A stretch of DNA of 53,504 nt from an uncultured Candidatus Saccharibacteria bacterium (GTDB lineage: Bacteria > Patescibacteriota > Minisyncoccia > Minisyncoccales > PWPS01): NCBI GenBank assembly GCA_964420305.1, contig CAYQSS010000001.1:1-53504 (forward strand), read 5' to 3'. Position numbers and translations under genes: made by a program. The notes beneath the pieces were generated by a model. That model did not search any database. It saw only the letters and a list, made by a program, of their open reading frames with translations, and was not told the origin of the DNA. Positions 18,517 to 26,733 of this stretch are shown piece after piece (position 1 is the first letter of the stretch; every line of letters starts with the position of its first letter).

Positions 18517-19088
18517 TTTTTGGAAAAAATATAATTAAAAGAAAATATGTATTATTTTCCATGGCAATATTTTTCTTTGCCTTTTTTCTTGGGTTACTTT
18601 TTTCGTTTCTTAATCCCGTTCTTGCAGAAGAAGCATTGGATGAACTGATAAAGTCTTTTTCCTTTTTACTTGATTTTAGTCCGTTTGAAATGGGATTATT
18701 CTTATTTTTTAACAACTCCATCAAGGTTTTTCTTTTTATGCTATTAGGGGTTCTCTTAGTTATTCCTACTATATTCTTTCTTTTTCTAAACGGATGGGTG
18801 TTAGGGTATGTTGTTGGTGTGAGCTTTTTAGAAATTGGGATAAAAGGAATTTTCTACTCTTTATTTCTACATGGCGTTTTTGAGCTTTCTGGTCTTTTTA
18901 TTGGTTCTTCGCTAGGTATCTTAATTGGAGTTACTGCTTATAAGGAATTTAAGAAGAGTAAAAAAATATTTCCATTGTCGGAAAAAATCAGGGAAACATT
19001 TTTTCTTTCTTTTGAAGTTTTTTTAAAAATTGTAATACCTTTACTTTTTTTAGCGGCTTTAATTGAAACTTTCCTAATTTATTATTAA
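18513..19088 (+). CDS. SpoIIM-like (DUF95) integral membrane protein
   Basis: 191 aa with 5-6 TM segments. It has FFNNSIKVF and HGVFELSGLFIG motifs typical of the stage II sporulation protein M family. Confidence 0.5.
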   Translation: MIFGKNIIKRKYVLFSMAIFFFAFFLGLLFSFLNPVLAEEALDELIKSFSFLLDFSPFEMGLFLFFNNSIKVFLFMLLGVLLVIPTIFFLFLNGWVLGYVVGVSFLEIGIKGIFYSLFLHGVFELSGLFIGSSLGILIGVTAYKEFKKSKKIFPLSEKIRETFFLSFEVFLKIVIPLLFLAALIETFLIYY

Positions 19089-19093
19089 AAAAT

Positions 19094-19975
19094 ATGAAAA
19101 AGAAAATTACAAAAGCCGTTATTGCGGCTGCTGGATACGGAACAAGATTTATTCCAGCGACAAAGAATCAGCCAAAGGAGATGCTCCCGATTATTGATAA
19201 ACCGATTATTCACTATTTAGTAGAGGAAGCGGTTAAATCTGGAATCAAGGATATTATTTTAGTTACACGTTCCGGACAATCTTCTTTGGAAGATTATTTT
19301 GACTCAAATCGAGAGTTAGAACACGAACTGCAAAAAAGTGGAAAAACAAAAAGATTAGAAGAGATAAAAAAAATTCCTAAAATGGCAAATTTTATTTATG
19401 TTCGTCAAAAAGGAAATTTTCCTTATGGGAATGCCACGCCTCTTTTATCTGTTGCCCCAATTATTGATAAGGAGGAGTCTTTTGTGTATATGTTTGGTGA
19501 TGATTTAACGATATCAAAAAATCCTGTAGTAAAACAACTTATTAGTGTTTACGAAGAATGCAGGGCAGATGCTGTTTTAGGAGTTCAAAAAGTTTTGAAA
19601 AAAGAAGTTCATAAGTATGGGACAGTACGGTATAAAAAAAGAGGGGATTATAAATACGAGATTGAGGAAGCTTGTGAAAAATTTCCCGCAGAAAAAGCAC
19701 CTTCTCTTATGGCTGCTTTTGGGAGATATATTTTTTCTTATAAAGTTATTGAAGAAGCGATTAAAACTCCGCTAGGGAAGGATAATGAGCTTTGGGTTAC
19801 CGACATCTTAAATTCTTTAGCGAAAAAAGGAGAAAGAATTATTGCACAACCGATTGAAGGAGAGTGGTATACCACTGGAGATCCTCTAAGCTATTTAAAA
19901 ACTTCCTTTAAAATGGCTCTTCAAAGGAGTGATATCAAAGAGGAACTTAAAAAATACTTAAAAGAAAATCTCTAG
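19094..19975 (+). CDS. galU: UTP--glucose-1-phosphate uridylyltransferase
   Basis: 293 aa with AVIAAAGYGTRFIPATKNQPKEMLPIIDKPII and an internal FGDD motif. Confidence 0.9.
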   Translation: MKKKITKAVIAAAGYGTRFIPATKNQPKEMLPIIDKPIIHYLVEEAVKSGIKDIILVTRSGQSSLEDYFDSNRELEHELQKSGKTKRLEEIKKIPKMANFIYVRQKGNFPYGNATPLLSVAPIIDKEESFVYMFGDDLTISKNPVVKQLISVYEECRADAVLGVQKVLKKEVHKYGTVRYKKRGDYKYEIEEACEKFPAEKAPSLMAAFGRYIFSYKVIEEAIKTPLGKDNELWVTDILNSLAKKGERIIAQPIEGEWYTTGDPLSYLKTSFKMALQRSDIKEELKKYLKENL

Positions 19976-20898
19976 CTTAAAATTTTCCCTATTGAATCAA
20001 TATTTCCTTGTAGGAAATCTTTTGAAGGAGTAGGCGTTTTGCCCTCAATTTGTAATTTTTTGATGAGAAGAAAATCTTTACCAGTTTGTATTGCGAGTGT
20101 ATGATTTGTTCCTAGATATATTTTTCCTGGTTCTCCAAATGGTCCATTTTCGTTTTGTTCTTGAATTTCTGCTTCGAGAACCTTAAGATGCTTATTCTCA
20201 AGCATAGTGTAGGTTCCTGGCCAGGGATTAAGAGCCCTTATTTTTCGTTCAATTATTTCTGCTGGTTCTTCCCAATTTATTTGTCCATCTTTTTTCAAAA
20301 ATTTTTCGGTATAAGTAGCATCATTCTCATTTTGTTCGAAAAAAACTAAATTATTTGTAGAAATTTTAGGAATATACTCTACTAAAAGTTCTGATCCCAA
20401 AAGTGCTAAGCTTTCTTCTGCTTTTCTATAATTTATTTTTTCATCGAAGAAAATTTCTTTTTGAGCAATAATTGGCCCGCTGTCAATCTTATGACTCATT
20501 TTAACAAGAGAGACTCCTGTTTTCTTTTCTCCACTTATAATTGCGCTTTGAATTGGGGTCGCTCCACGATATTTTGGGAGCAGTGATGGGTGAATGTTGA
20601 TAAAAAGCGATAAATCAAGCGTTTCTTTTTTGATAATCATTCCTATTGCAGTAACGATAACAACATCGGGTTTCTCGGATACAATAATCTGGTGGAAATC
20701 ATTGAGGCTTTCAACCTCTTTTACTAAAACATTTTTTTCTTCTGCTAACTTTTTGATTGGTGATGATTGAACCTGTTGGCCTCTTCCAATTTTTTTGTCG
20801 TTGGATGTTATTAAAAAAGAGGGAGTAATATTATTTTTAGATAGCTCTTTAAGAATAATTGTTCCAAAGTTTGAGTTGCTGGCAAATATAAGTTTCAT
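19972..20898 (-). CDS. fmt: Methionyl-tRNA formyltransferase
   Basis: 308 aa with the HPSLLPKYRGATPIQ motif, an N-terminal formyltransferase fold and a C-terminal tRNA-binding domain. Confidence 0.9.
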   Translation of the reverse strand: MKLIFASNSNFGTIILKELSKNNITPSFLITSNDKKIGRGQQVQSSPIKKLAEEKNVLVKEVESLNDFHQIIVSEKPDVVIVTAIGMIIKKETLDLSLFINIHPSLLPKYRGATPIQSAIISGEKKTGVSLVKMSHKIDSGPIIAQKEIFFDEKINYRKAEESLALLGSELLVEYIPKISTNNLVFFEQNENDATYTEKFLKKDGQINWEEPAEIIERKIRALNPWPGTYTMLENKHLKVLEAEIQEQNENGPFGEPGKIYLGTNHTLAIQTGKDFLLIKKLQIEGKTPTPSKDFLQGNIDSIGKILS

Positions 20899-20916
20899 TA
20901 TTAATTTATTTTATTA

Positions 20917-21591
20917 TTACTCTTCTCGCCACTCTATTTTATCTTCTTTATCGGCAAATTCAAGCCAATCTCCTTCTTTATTAATTACATACCATTTCTT
21001 TTTTGTGTTTGACCAGACCATTGGATCACTTCGATAGTATGGTTTTTTCTCTTTTTCTTTTGGCTTAAGTTTGTTTATTTCTGGCCATTTTTTAAAAACT
21101 GTTTCTATCGCATAATCAAGATTTCTAGAATTCGCCCAAAGGGCAACTTTATTAATTGCACTAATTGATTTTTCTACTGACCCTGAAAGCTCAAGTAAAT
21201 TTTTTGCGGGCCGCGTATATCGAGAATAAACAATTTTTTTCTTTTTTGCATCCCTCTTAATATCATCAAGGGTATATCCTTTGGTTTGAAAATAATAATT
21301 AATAATCTTTTGGATATCGCTTTCTTCTTCTTTGGCCTGAAAGTATTTTAGAAAACGGGTTATTGTCTTTAGATGATTCTCAGTTTCTTTTTCAGTGAAT
21401 TTTTTTTCTTTTAAATATTTTTTGTAGAGGTTAAGATTGTTTTTTCCCAAAAAAGAAGAGGGTTTTTCTTTTTTCACCCAATTTAAAAAAAAGAAAAGAA
21501 TGTCTCTCTTTTTCTGAATTGTTTTCTCAGAAATTTTCTTTTTTTCTAAGTCCTTCAGAAACTTTTCAATCTCAACTTTTAGTTCCCTCAT
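20917..21591 (-). CDS. Hypothetical protein with an integrase-type core-binding (SAM-like) N-terminal domain and an unknown C-terminal module
   Basis: 224 aa. The N-terminus IEKFLKDLEKKKISEKTIQKKRDILFFFLNWVKKE parallels the XerC N-terminus in this window (IPRFLEYLDIEKGLSNKTQETYTRFLQSFINWLSKN). No R-H-R-Y catalytic domain is present. Confidence 0.55.
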   Translation of the reverse strand: MRELKVEIEKFLKDLEKKKISEKTIQKKRDILFFFLNWVKKEKPSSFLGKNNLNLYKKYLKEKKFTEKETENHLKTITRFLKYFQAKEEESDIQKIINYYFQTKGYTLDDIKRDAKKKKIVYSRYTRPAKNLLELSGSVEKSISAINKVALWANSRNLDYAIETVFKKWPEINKLKPKEKEKKPYYRSDPMVWSNTKKKWYVINKEGDWLEFADKEDKIEWREE

Positions 21592-21875
21592 AAGAAAAAT
21601 TTTTTTAATCTATTTAATTCTTCGCTAACGAGCTTGCCTTCGTATTCAGCTCCATGATCGGGAGCATGTAAATATTTTGGAGCTTTATGGTCAAGGTGAA
21701 GACTGATGGTGTTTTCTTCTCTGGAGTAATAAATATGAAAACGGGGATATCGATCGGAAAGAAGTGGGCGCGAAAAAGAAGTTTCTTTCTCTCGTTGAAA
21801 TTTATCCAGATGGTATCCTGCGCTTCTTAAAATATTGCTAATATTTTTTGGTGGATTTTCAACCTTCCATTTCAT
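21588..21875 (-). CDS. Hypothetical protein (95 aa)
   Basis: Its stop overlaps the downstream start by 4 nt. I recognise no family. It has its own predicted leaderless promoter. Confidence 0.5.
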   Translation of the reverse strand: MKWKVENPPKNISNILRSAGYHLDKFQREKETSFSRPLLSDRYPRFHIYYSREENTISLHLDHKAPKYLHAPDHGAEYEGKLVSEELNRLKKFFL

Positions 21876-21881
21876 GCCTGT

Positions 21882-21910
21882 ATTTTACTATTATTTTTAA
21901 ATATAGTAAA
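21882..21910 (-). promoter_or_regulatory. Promoter of the 95-aa/224-aa/fmt operon (predicts a leaderless mRNA)
   Basis: Minus-strand reading is TTTACT-17 nt-TAAAAT-acaggc-ATG. Exactly 6 nt separate the -10 hexamer from the start at 21875. Confidence 0.4.
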
Positions 21911-21912
21911 AC

Positions 21913-21940
21913 TTGAAGATAAATATAATTTTGTCATAAT
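21913..21940 (+). promoter_or_regulatory. Promoter of thpR-murC (predicts a leaderless mRNA)
   Basis: TTGAAG-16 nt-(TGt)CATAAT-taagca-ATG, with exactly 6 nt between the -10 hexamer and ATG 21947. It sits back-to-back with the divergent promoter. Confidence 0.4.
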
Positions 21941-21946
21941 TAAGCA

Positions 21947-22498
21947 ATGAATAAGAGGTTGTTTTTTTCAATCAGTCTTCCTCAAGAAATCAAAACAAAA
22001 ATAGGACATTCTCTAGAAGAGTTGAAAACACGGCTAGACAGGGGAGTAAGATGGGTAGACACCGAAAATCTTCATATAACGATTCTTTTTTTAGGATCAG
22101 TTAAAGAGGAGGAGATATCGAAATTAATCAAAAAGGCAAAAACCATAGAACAAGAAAGGTTTTCTTTGAGATTAGAGGATGTTTCATATTTTCCTCAAAA
22201 AGAAGATGCAAAAATTATATGGGTAAATTTGAAAGGAGACGGTATTAGAGAAATCACGAAAAAAATAAAAAAAGAAGTAGGGTTTTTGGCAGATAAACAA
22301 TTTATCCCACATATAACTTTGGGTAGAATTAAAAAATGGGAATTTAAAAGTTTAATGGAATACGGGATCCCTGATCTTAATATTAATCTAGATATAGAGT
22401 TTGATGTTTTTTCTTTCAAGTTAATGGAAAGTAAATTGAAAAAAACAGGCCCTAAATATCTTTTAGTAAAATCTTTTAATTTAAAAAATGAAAAATAA
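21947..22498 (+). CDS. thpR: RNA 2',3'-cyclic phosphodiesterase (2H phosphoesterase, LigT/ThpR)
   Basis: 183 aa with two HxT motifs: HITILFLG and HITLGR. Confidence 0.85.
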   Translation: MNKRLFFSISLPQEIKTKIGHSLEELKTRLDRGVRWVDTENLHITILFLGSVKEEEISKLIKKAKTIEQERFSLRLEDVSYFPQKEDAKIIWVNLKGDGIREITKKIKKEVGFLADKQFIPHITLGRIKKWEFKSLMEYGIPDLNINLDIEFDVFSFKLMESKLKKTGPKYLLVKSFNLKNEK

Positions 22499-23795
22499 AC
22501 ATATTCATTTTATAGGAATCGGAGGTATCGGACTTTCTTCGCTTGCGCGTTACTTTATTTCTTCTGGTTTTTTGGTTTCTGGATCAGATGTTATTTTTCA
22601 AAAAGAGTTAGAGAAAACTGGGGTTAAAGTTTTTTTAGGTCATCACCGAGAAAATATTAATAAAAAAATGGATTTGGTTATTTACAGTAATGCGGTTCTT
22701 CCAGATAACCCAGAAATAATCGAAGCGAAAAAATTAAACATTAAAACACAAAGCTATCCGGAGGCATTGGGCGATATTACAAAAGACTACTTTACGATTG
22801 CGGTTTCAGGAACGCACGGGAAAAGCACCACAACGGCAATGATTGCCTTAGCGATGATTGACGGAGGATTAGATCCGACAGTTATAATTGGAACGAAATT
22901 AAAGGAGTTTAATGATACAAATTTTAGAAGAGGAAATTCAAAATATCTTCTGATTGAAGCTGACGAGTTCAAGGCTGCGTTTTTAAATTATTATCCAAAA
23001 ATTGCGGTAATAACCAATGTTGAAGAAGATCATCTTGATTTCTATAAGAATATTGGAAAGATTATTAAGACATTCCAAAAATATGTAGAAAACAATGTAA
23101 AAGAAAATCTTTTAGTTTTAAATAAAGACAATAAAAATGCCAGAAATTTAAAGGAGTTTTCAAAAGGAAGAGTAGTTATGTATTCGCTTTCTGATAAAAA
23201 TCAAAAAATTAAACTTTCGGTATTCGGGAAACACAATCTTTCTAACGCGCATGCTGCTTTTGTAGTTGCAAAGGAGTTAAAGATTGACGAAGAAAAAATA
23301 CTGAAAACATTATTAAGATTTCACGGGACGTGGAGAAGATTTGAAGAAAAAAATATAAGTTTTAGAAATAATAAAAAAGGAAAAATAATTCATGATTACG
23401 CACATCACCCAACAGAAATAGAGGCAACGTTAGAAGCGATTAATGCGAAATATCCAGAGAAAGAAGTTATTTTAGTATTTCAGCCACACCAGTATGAAAG
23501 AACATACCATCTTTTTGATAAATTCAAAAAAGTACTTTCAAAAGTAAATGTGAAAGAACTTATTATTGCTGATATTTATACTGTAGAAGGAAGAGAATCA
23601 AGGATAATTTTAGAAAGCGTAAGCGCAAAAATGTTATCAGAAAAAGTGCCCAAATCAAAATATTTAGGAGGGATAAAAGAAATAGCAGATTACTTAAATA
23701 ATAATTTGCAAGAAAACCAAATAGTAGTTATAATGGGTGCGGGAGATATATATAAGTTGGAGGGTTATATCACCAAAAGGTCTCAAAAAAATTAA
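22488..23795 (+). CDS. murC: UDP-N-acetylmuramate--L-alanine ligase
   Basis: 435 aa with HFIGIGGIGLSSLA, the ATP site VSGTHGKSTTT, and the Mur ligase middle and C domains. Confidence 0.9.
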   Translation: MKNKHIHFIGIGGIGLSSLARYFISSGFLVSGSDVIFQKELEKTGVKVFLGHHRENINKKMDLVIYSNAVLPDNPEIIEAKKLNIKTQSYPEALGDITKDYFTIAVSGTHGKSTTTAMIALAMIDGGLDPTVIIGTKLKEFNDTNFRRGNSKYLLIEADEFKAAFLNYYPKIAVITNVEEDHLDFYKNIGKIIKTFQKYVENNVKENLLVLNKDNKNARNLKEFSKGRVVMYSLSDKNQKIKLSVFGKHNLSNAHAAFVVAKELKIDEEKILKTLLRFHGTWRRFEEKNISFRNNKKGKIIHDYAHHPTEIEATLEAINAKYPEKEVILVFQPHQYERTYHLFDKFKKVLSKVNVKELIIADIYTVEGRESRIILESVSAKMLSEKVPKSKYLGGIKEIADYLNNNLQENQIVVIMGAGDIYKLEGYITKRSQKN

Positions 23796-23806
23796 GTTAT
23801 AAAAAT

Positions 23807-24025
23807 ATGCCTGATAATTGGCCAACAATCATCTTGATACTGCTTCTTGCTGCTGGTATCTATTTTATGATGCAAAAACAAAAAGCGAATAAAGAAGAAG
23901 CAAAAAAAGAGGAGATTAAAGAGGAAGAAGCTGAGGTTGAAGAAGTTGAGGTAGAGGAAGAAAAGGAGGTAGAAGAGGAATTTGAAGAAGAAGGTGAACC
24001 AGAAGAAGAGAAAAAAGAAGAATAA
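23807..24025 (+). CDS. Small membrane protein with a poly-acidic tail, hypothetical
   Basis: 72 aa with one TM helix (PTIILILLLAAGIYFMM), then QKQKANKEE and a Glu-rich low-complexity tail. The N-terminus is faintly YajC-like. Confidence 0.45.
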   Translation: MPDNWPTIILILLLAAGIYFMMQKQKANKEEAKKEEIKEEEAEVEEVEVEEEKEVEEEFEEEGEPEEEKKEE

Positions 24026-24034
24026 CGATAATAA

Positions 24035-24077
24035 AAAAAGAGAGTTTTCCCCTTGATGCTCTCTTTTTTATTTTTTG
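24035..24077 (+). terminator. Probable rho-independent terminator
   Basis: AAAAAGAGAG-14 nt loop-CTCTCTTTTT, followed by TATTTTTT. Confidence 0.45.
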
Positions 24078-24103
24078 AGTTTTCTACAGACATATGATAA
24101 AAT
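24075..24103 (+). promoter_or_regulatory. Sigma-70-type promoter of tig
   Basis: TTGAGT-17 nt-(TGa)TAAAAT. There are 21 nt between the -10 hexamer and ATG 24125. Confidence 0.45.
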
Positions 24104-24124
24104 CAAAATATTAACAAAAAAAAT

Positions 24125-25405
24125 ATGGATTTTAAAATAGAGAAGATATCAGAAACAAAAAAAGAAATAACAGTAACTATTCCATTTCTTGAAATGGAAA
24201 AGTATATTACTAAGGCTGGAGAAAAACTATCTTCAGAAATGACAATTAAAGGATTTAGAAAAGGGCACGTTCCTAAAGATGTTATTGAAAATACTGTTGG
24301 AAAAGAAGTTCTTTTTGAGGAGGCTGCAAGAGAGGCAATAGAGGAAACATATCCGAAGATTATTGCGGAAAATAATCTTTTTACTCTTTCTTCACCGGAA
24401 GTTAATTTAATAAAATGTGCAATGGGTAACGATGTTGTTTATAAAGCAACCGTTTATACTATGCCAGAGATAAAATTACCAGATTATAAAAAAATAGCAG
24501 AAGAAACTACGAAAAAGGATAAAAAAGAAGTTAAAATAGAAGATAAAGAGATTAATCAAGCACTAGAAGAAATTAGACAATCTCGTGCTAAATTACAGAA
24601 AGTAGACAGGCCACTGGAAAAAAATGACGCAGTGAATATAAACTTTAAAGGTGTTTTTGCAAAGACTCCTGATAAAAAAATTGAAGAGAAAAATTTCCAA
24701 GTTGTTTTAGGAAGAGGGGATATGGAAATACTAGAGGGGTTTGAAGGTCATCTTCTTGGAATGAAAGAAGGAGAGAAAAAGACTTTCTCTCTTGATTTAA
24801 TGCTCGATAAAAAAAACAAAGAAAAAGCTGATTTTGAAGTAGAGGTAATTACGGTAATGGAGAGAGAGCTCCCTGATCTTGACGATGAGTTTGCGAAAGG
24901 ATTTCCACAAATTGAAAATTTAGCAGAATTAAAAGAAAAGATTAAAGAGGGAATGATTAATGAGAAAAAAAGGAAAGGAGAAGAAGCATTAAGAATAAAG
25001 GTACTTGGGAATATTAAAAAAGAAACTAAATTTGAAGTACCGGAAATTCTTGTCAAGAAAGAGCTTGACAATATGATCAAAACAATTGAAAATCAACTAA
25101 TCCAGAGTGGCTCATCTTTAAACGTTTATCTAGATGAAATTAAAAAAACTGAAGAAGAATTACGAAAAGAATGGTATAAAAAAGCTGAAGAAAATGTTTC
25201 TTATGCTCTAATACTTCACGCGGTAAGTGAAAAGGAGAAGATTAATGTTACAAAAGAGGAGATAGAGTCTGAAATTGATAAACACTTTAAAGCGATGGGG
25301 AAGGAAAAGAGCAATGAAAAGAAAGAAAGTTTAGAGAGAATGCGTGCATATGTTCATGATGTAATTAAAAATCAAAAAGTTTTTAAATCATTATCAATTG
25401 ATTAA
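24125..25405 (+). CDS. tig: Trigger factor
   Basis: 426 aa with an N-terminal ribosome-binding motif (GFRKGHVPKDVIE), a central FKBP-like region and a C-terminal helical arm. Confidence 0.9.
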   Translation: MDFKIEKISETKKEITVTIPFLEMEKYITKAGEKLSSEMTIKGFRKGHVPKDVIENTVGKEVLFEEAAREAIEETYPKIIAENNLFTLSSPEVNLIKCAMGNDVVYKATVYTMPEIKLPDYKKIAEETTKKDKKEVKIEDKEINQALEEIRQSRAKLQKVDRPLEKNDAVNINFKGVFAKTPDKKIEEKNFQVVLGRGDMEILEGFEGHLLGMKEGEKKTFSLDLMLDKKNKEKADFEVEVITVMERELPDLDDEFAKGFPQIENLAELKEKIKEGMINEKKRKGEEALRIKVLGNIKKETKFEVPEILVKKELDNMIKTIENQLIQSGSSLNVYLDEIKKTEEELRKEWYKKAEENVSYALILHAVSEKEKINVTKEEIESEIDKHFKAMGKEKSNEKKESLERMRAYVHDVIKNQKVFKSLSID

Positions 25406-25415
25406 ATATAAAAAT

Positions 25416-25784
25416 ATGAAAAAAATTCTTATCATTGAAGATGAAAAAATGCTTGCTGAAATGTATCGAGACCGTTTTACACATGAAGGTTTTGAGGTAT
25501 ATTCTGCATTTGATGCTGAAGAAGGAATGGAGATGGTTAAAAAAATAAAACCAGATCTTATTCTTCTTGACATTCTTTTGCCACGTGCTAATGGGACAGA
25601 TTTTTTAGAAGATCTAAGAAAAGATAAAGATCTCGCAGAAACAAAAGTTATTGCTTACTCAAATTATGATGATGCGAAATCAAAAGAGGTTGCCGAAGAG
25701 TTAGGGGCGAAGGAATATTTAATAAAAACAAACTATACACCGAAAGAAGTTGTTGAAATAGTGAGAAGGCATATCGAAGAATAA
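25416..25784 (+). CDS. Receiver-only response regulator (CheY-like)
   Basis: MKKILIIEDE.., phospho-acceptor context LILLDILLPRANG, and KEYLIK(T) near the end. There is no output domain. The track ORF starts at 25398; ATG 25416 has the typical context. Confidence 0.85.
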   Translation: MKKILIIEDEKMLAEMYRDRFTHEGFEVYSAFDAEEGMEMVKKIKPDLILLDILLPRANGTDFLEDLRKDKDLAETKVIAYSNYDDAKSKEVAEELGAKEYLIKTNYTPKEVVEIVRRHIEE

Positions 25785-25786
25785 AA

Positions 25787-26731
25787 ATGAAAAAGCAGAA
25801 AATTTTATTGTTTTCAATTCTTATCATTGTCCCATTTTTAGTTTGGGGTATTTTTTTCTATGACAATGAACCGGAAGAAATAGTTGAAGAGACGCCTCCA
25901 GTGATTGATTATCCTCAATTTTTAAAAGGAGGAAATAGCAACTTTTCCCCTGAAGCTACTGCTGTCTTTTCTTTATATTATGACGACGAAACCGAAAAAG
26001 TTCTTTTTCAAAAAGACTCTAAAGAGATACTTCCAATTGCCAGTATTAGTAAATTAATGACCGCGCTTGTTGTCTTTGACAACTATGATCTAGAGGAAAA
26101 ATTACTAGTCAGCGAATATGACGTAGTTTCACGTACTGAGTTTCGTGACTTTCGTGCATGGAGTGAAACCAAAATTAAGGATATCCTCTATCAGATGATT
26201 ATTGAATCAAATAATAGTGGAGCATTTGCACTTTCTTTAATTAGTAGTCGTTTTTTAAAGAATGACGATGATTCTGTAAGTGGTTTTGTTGACGAGATGA
26301 ATAGAAAGGCAAAAGAAATCGGACTAGAAAATACTCATTTTATAAATTCAAGTGGTCTTGATGGAAGGGATGAATATAACAGTTCCACAGCAGAAGAAAT
26401 AGCATCTCTTGCAAAATATATTATTGAAAATGATGCAGAAATTTTTGAAATTTCAAAGATGACCTCATATCGTATTTTTTCACCGGATAAAACAGCATAT
26501 TACGATGTATTATCTACTAATATTTTTCTAACCGAAAATAAAAAAGAGTGGACAGAAATGATTTATGGTGGGAAAACAGGATTTACCCGAGCGGCAGATG
26601 GTTGTTTACTTTTAATACTTAGTGTTCCTGAGAAGAACGGATATATAATCAATATAGTTTTAGGAGCAGAAGACCGTTTTTTAGAAATGGAAAAATTAGT
26701 CGAATATATTTATAATTCTTATCTTTTTTAG
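25787..26731 (+). CDS. Serine-type D-Ala-D-Ala carboxypeptidase (PBP5/S11 family)
   Basis: 314 aa with an N-terminal TM/signal, SxxK (SISK), SxN (SNN) and KTG (KTGFT). Confidence 0.8.
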   Translation: MKKQKILLFSILIIVPFLVWGIFFYDNEPEEIVEETPPVIDYPQFLKGGNSNFSPEATAVFSLYYDDETEKVLFQKDSKEILPIASISKLMTALVVFDNYDLEEKLLVSEYDVVSRTEFRDFRAWSETKIKDILYQMIIESNNSGAFALSLISSRFLKNDDDSVSGFVDEMNRKAKEIGLENTHFINSSGLDGRDEYNSSTAEEIASLAKYIIENDAEIFEISKMTSYRIFSPDKTAYYDVLSTNIFLTENKKEWTEMIYGGKTGFTRAADGCLLLILSVPEKNGYIINIVLGAEDRFLEMEKLVEYIYNSYLF

Positions 26732-26733
26732 AT

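Noticed and set aside
23890-24025. A GAA/GAG-rich repetitive stretch that could be mistaken for a tandem repeat or array
   Set aside because: It is in-frame coding low complexity (a poly-Glu tail) with no fixed repeat unit or spacer structure. It is not a CRISPR array or a minisatellite.
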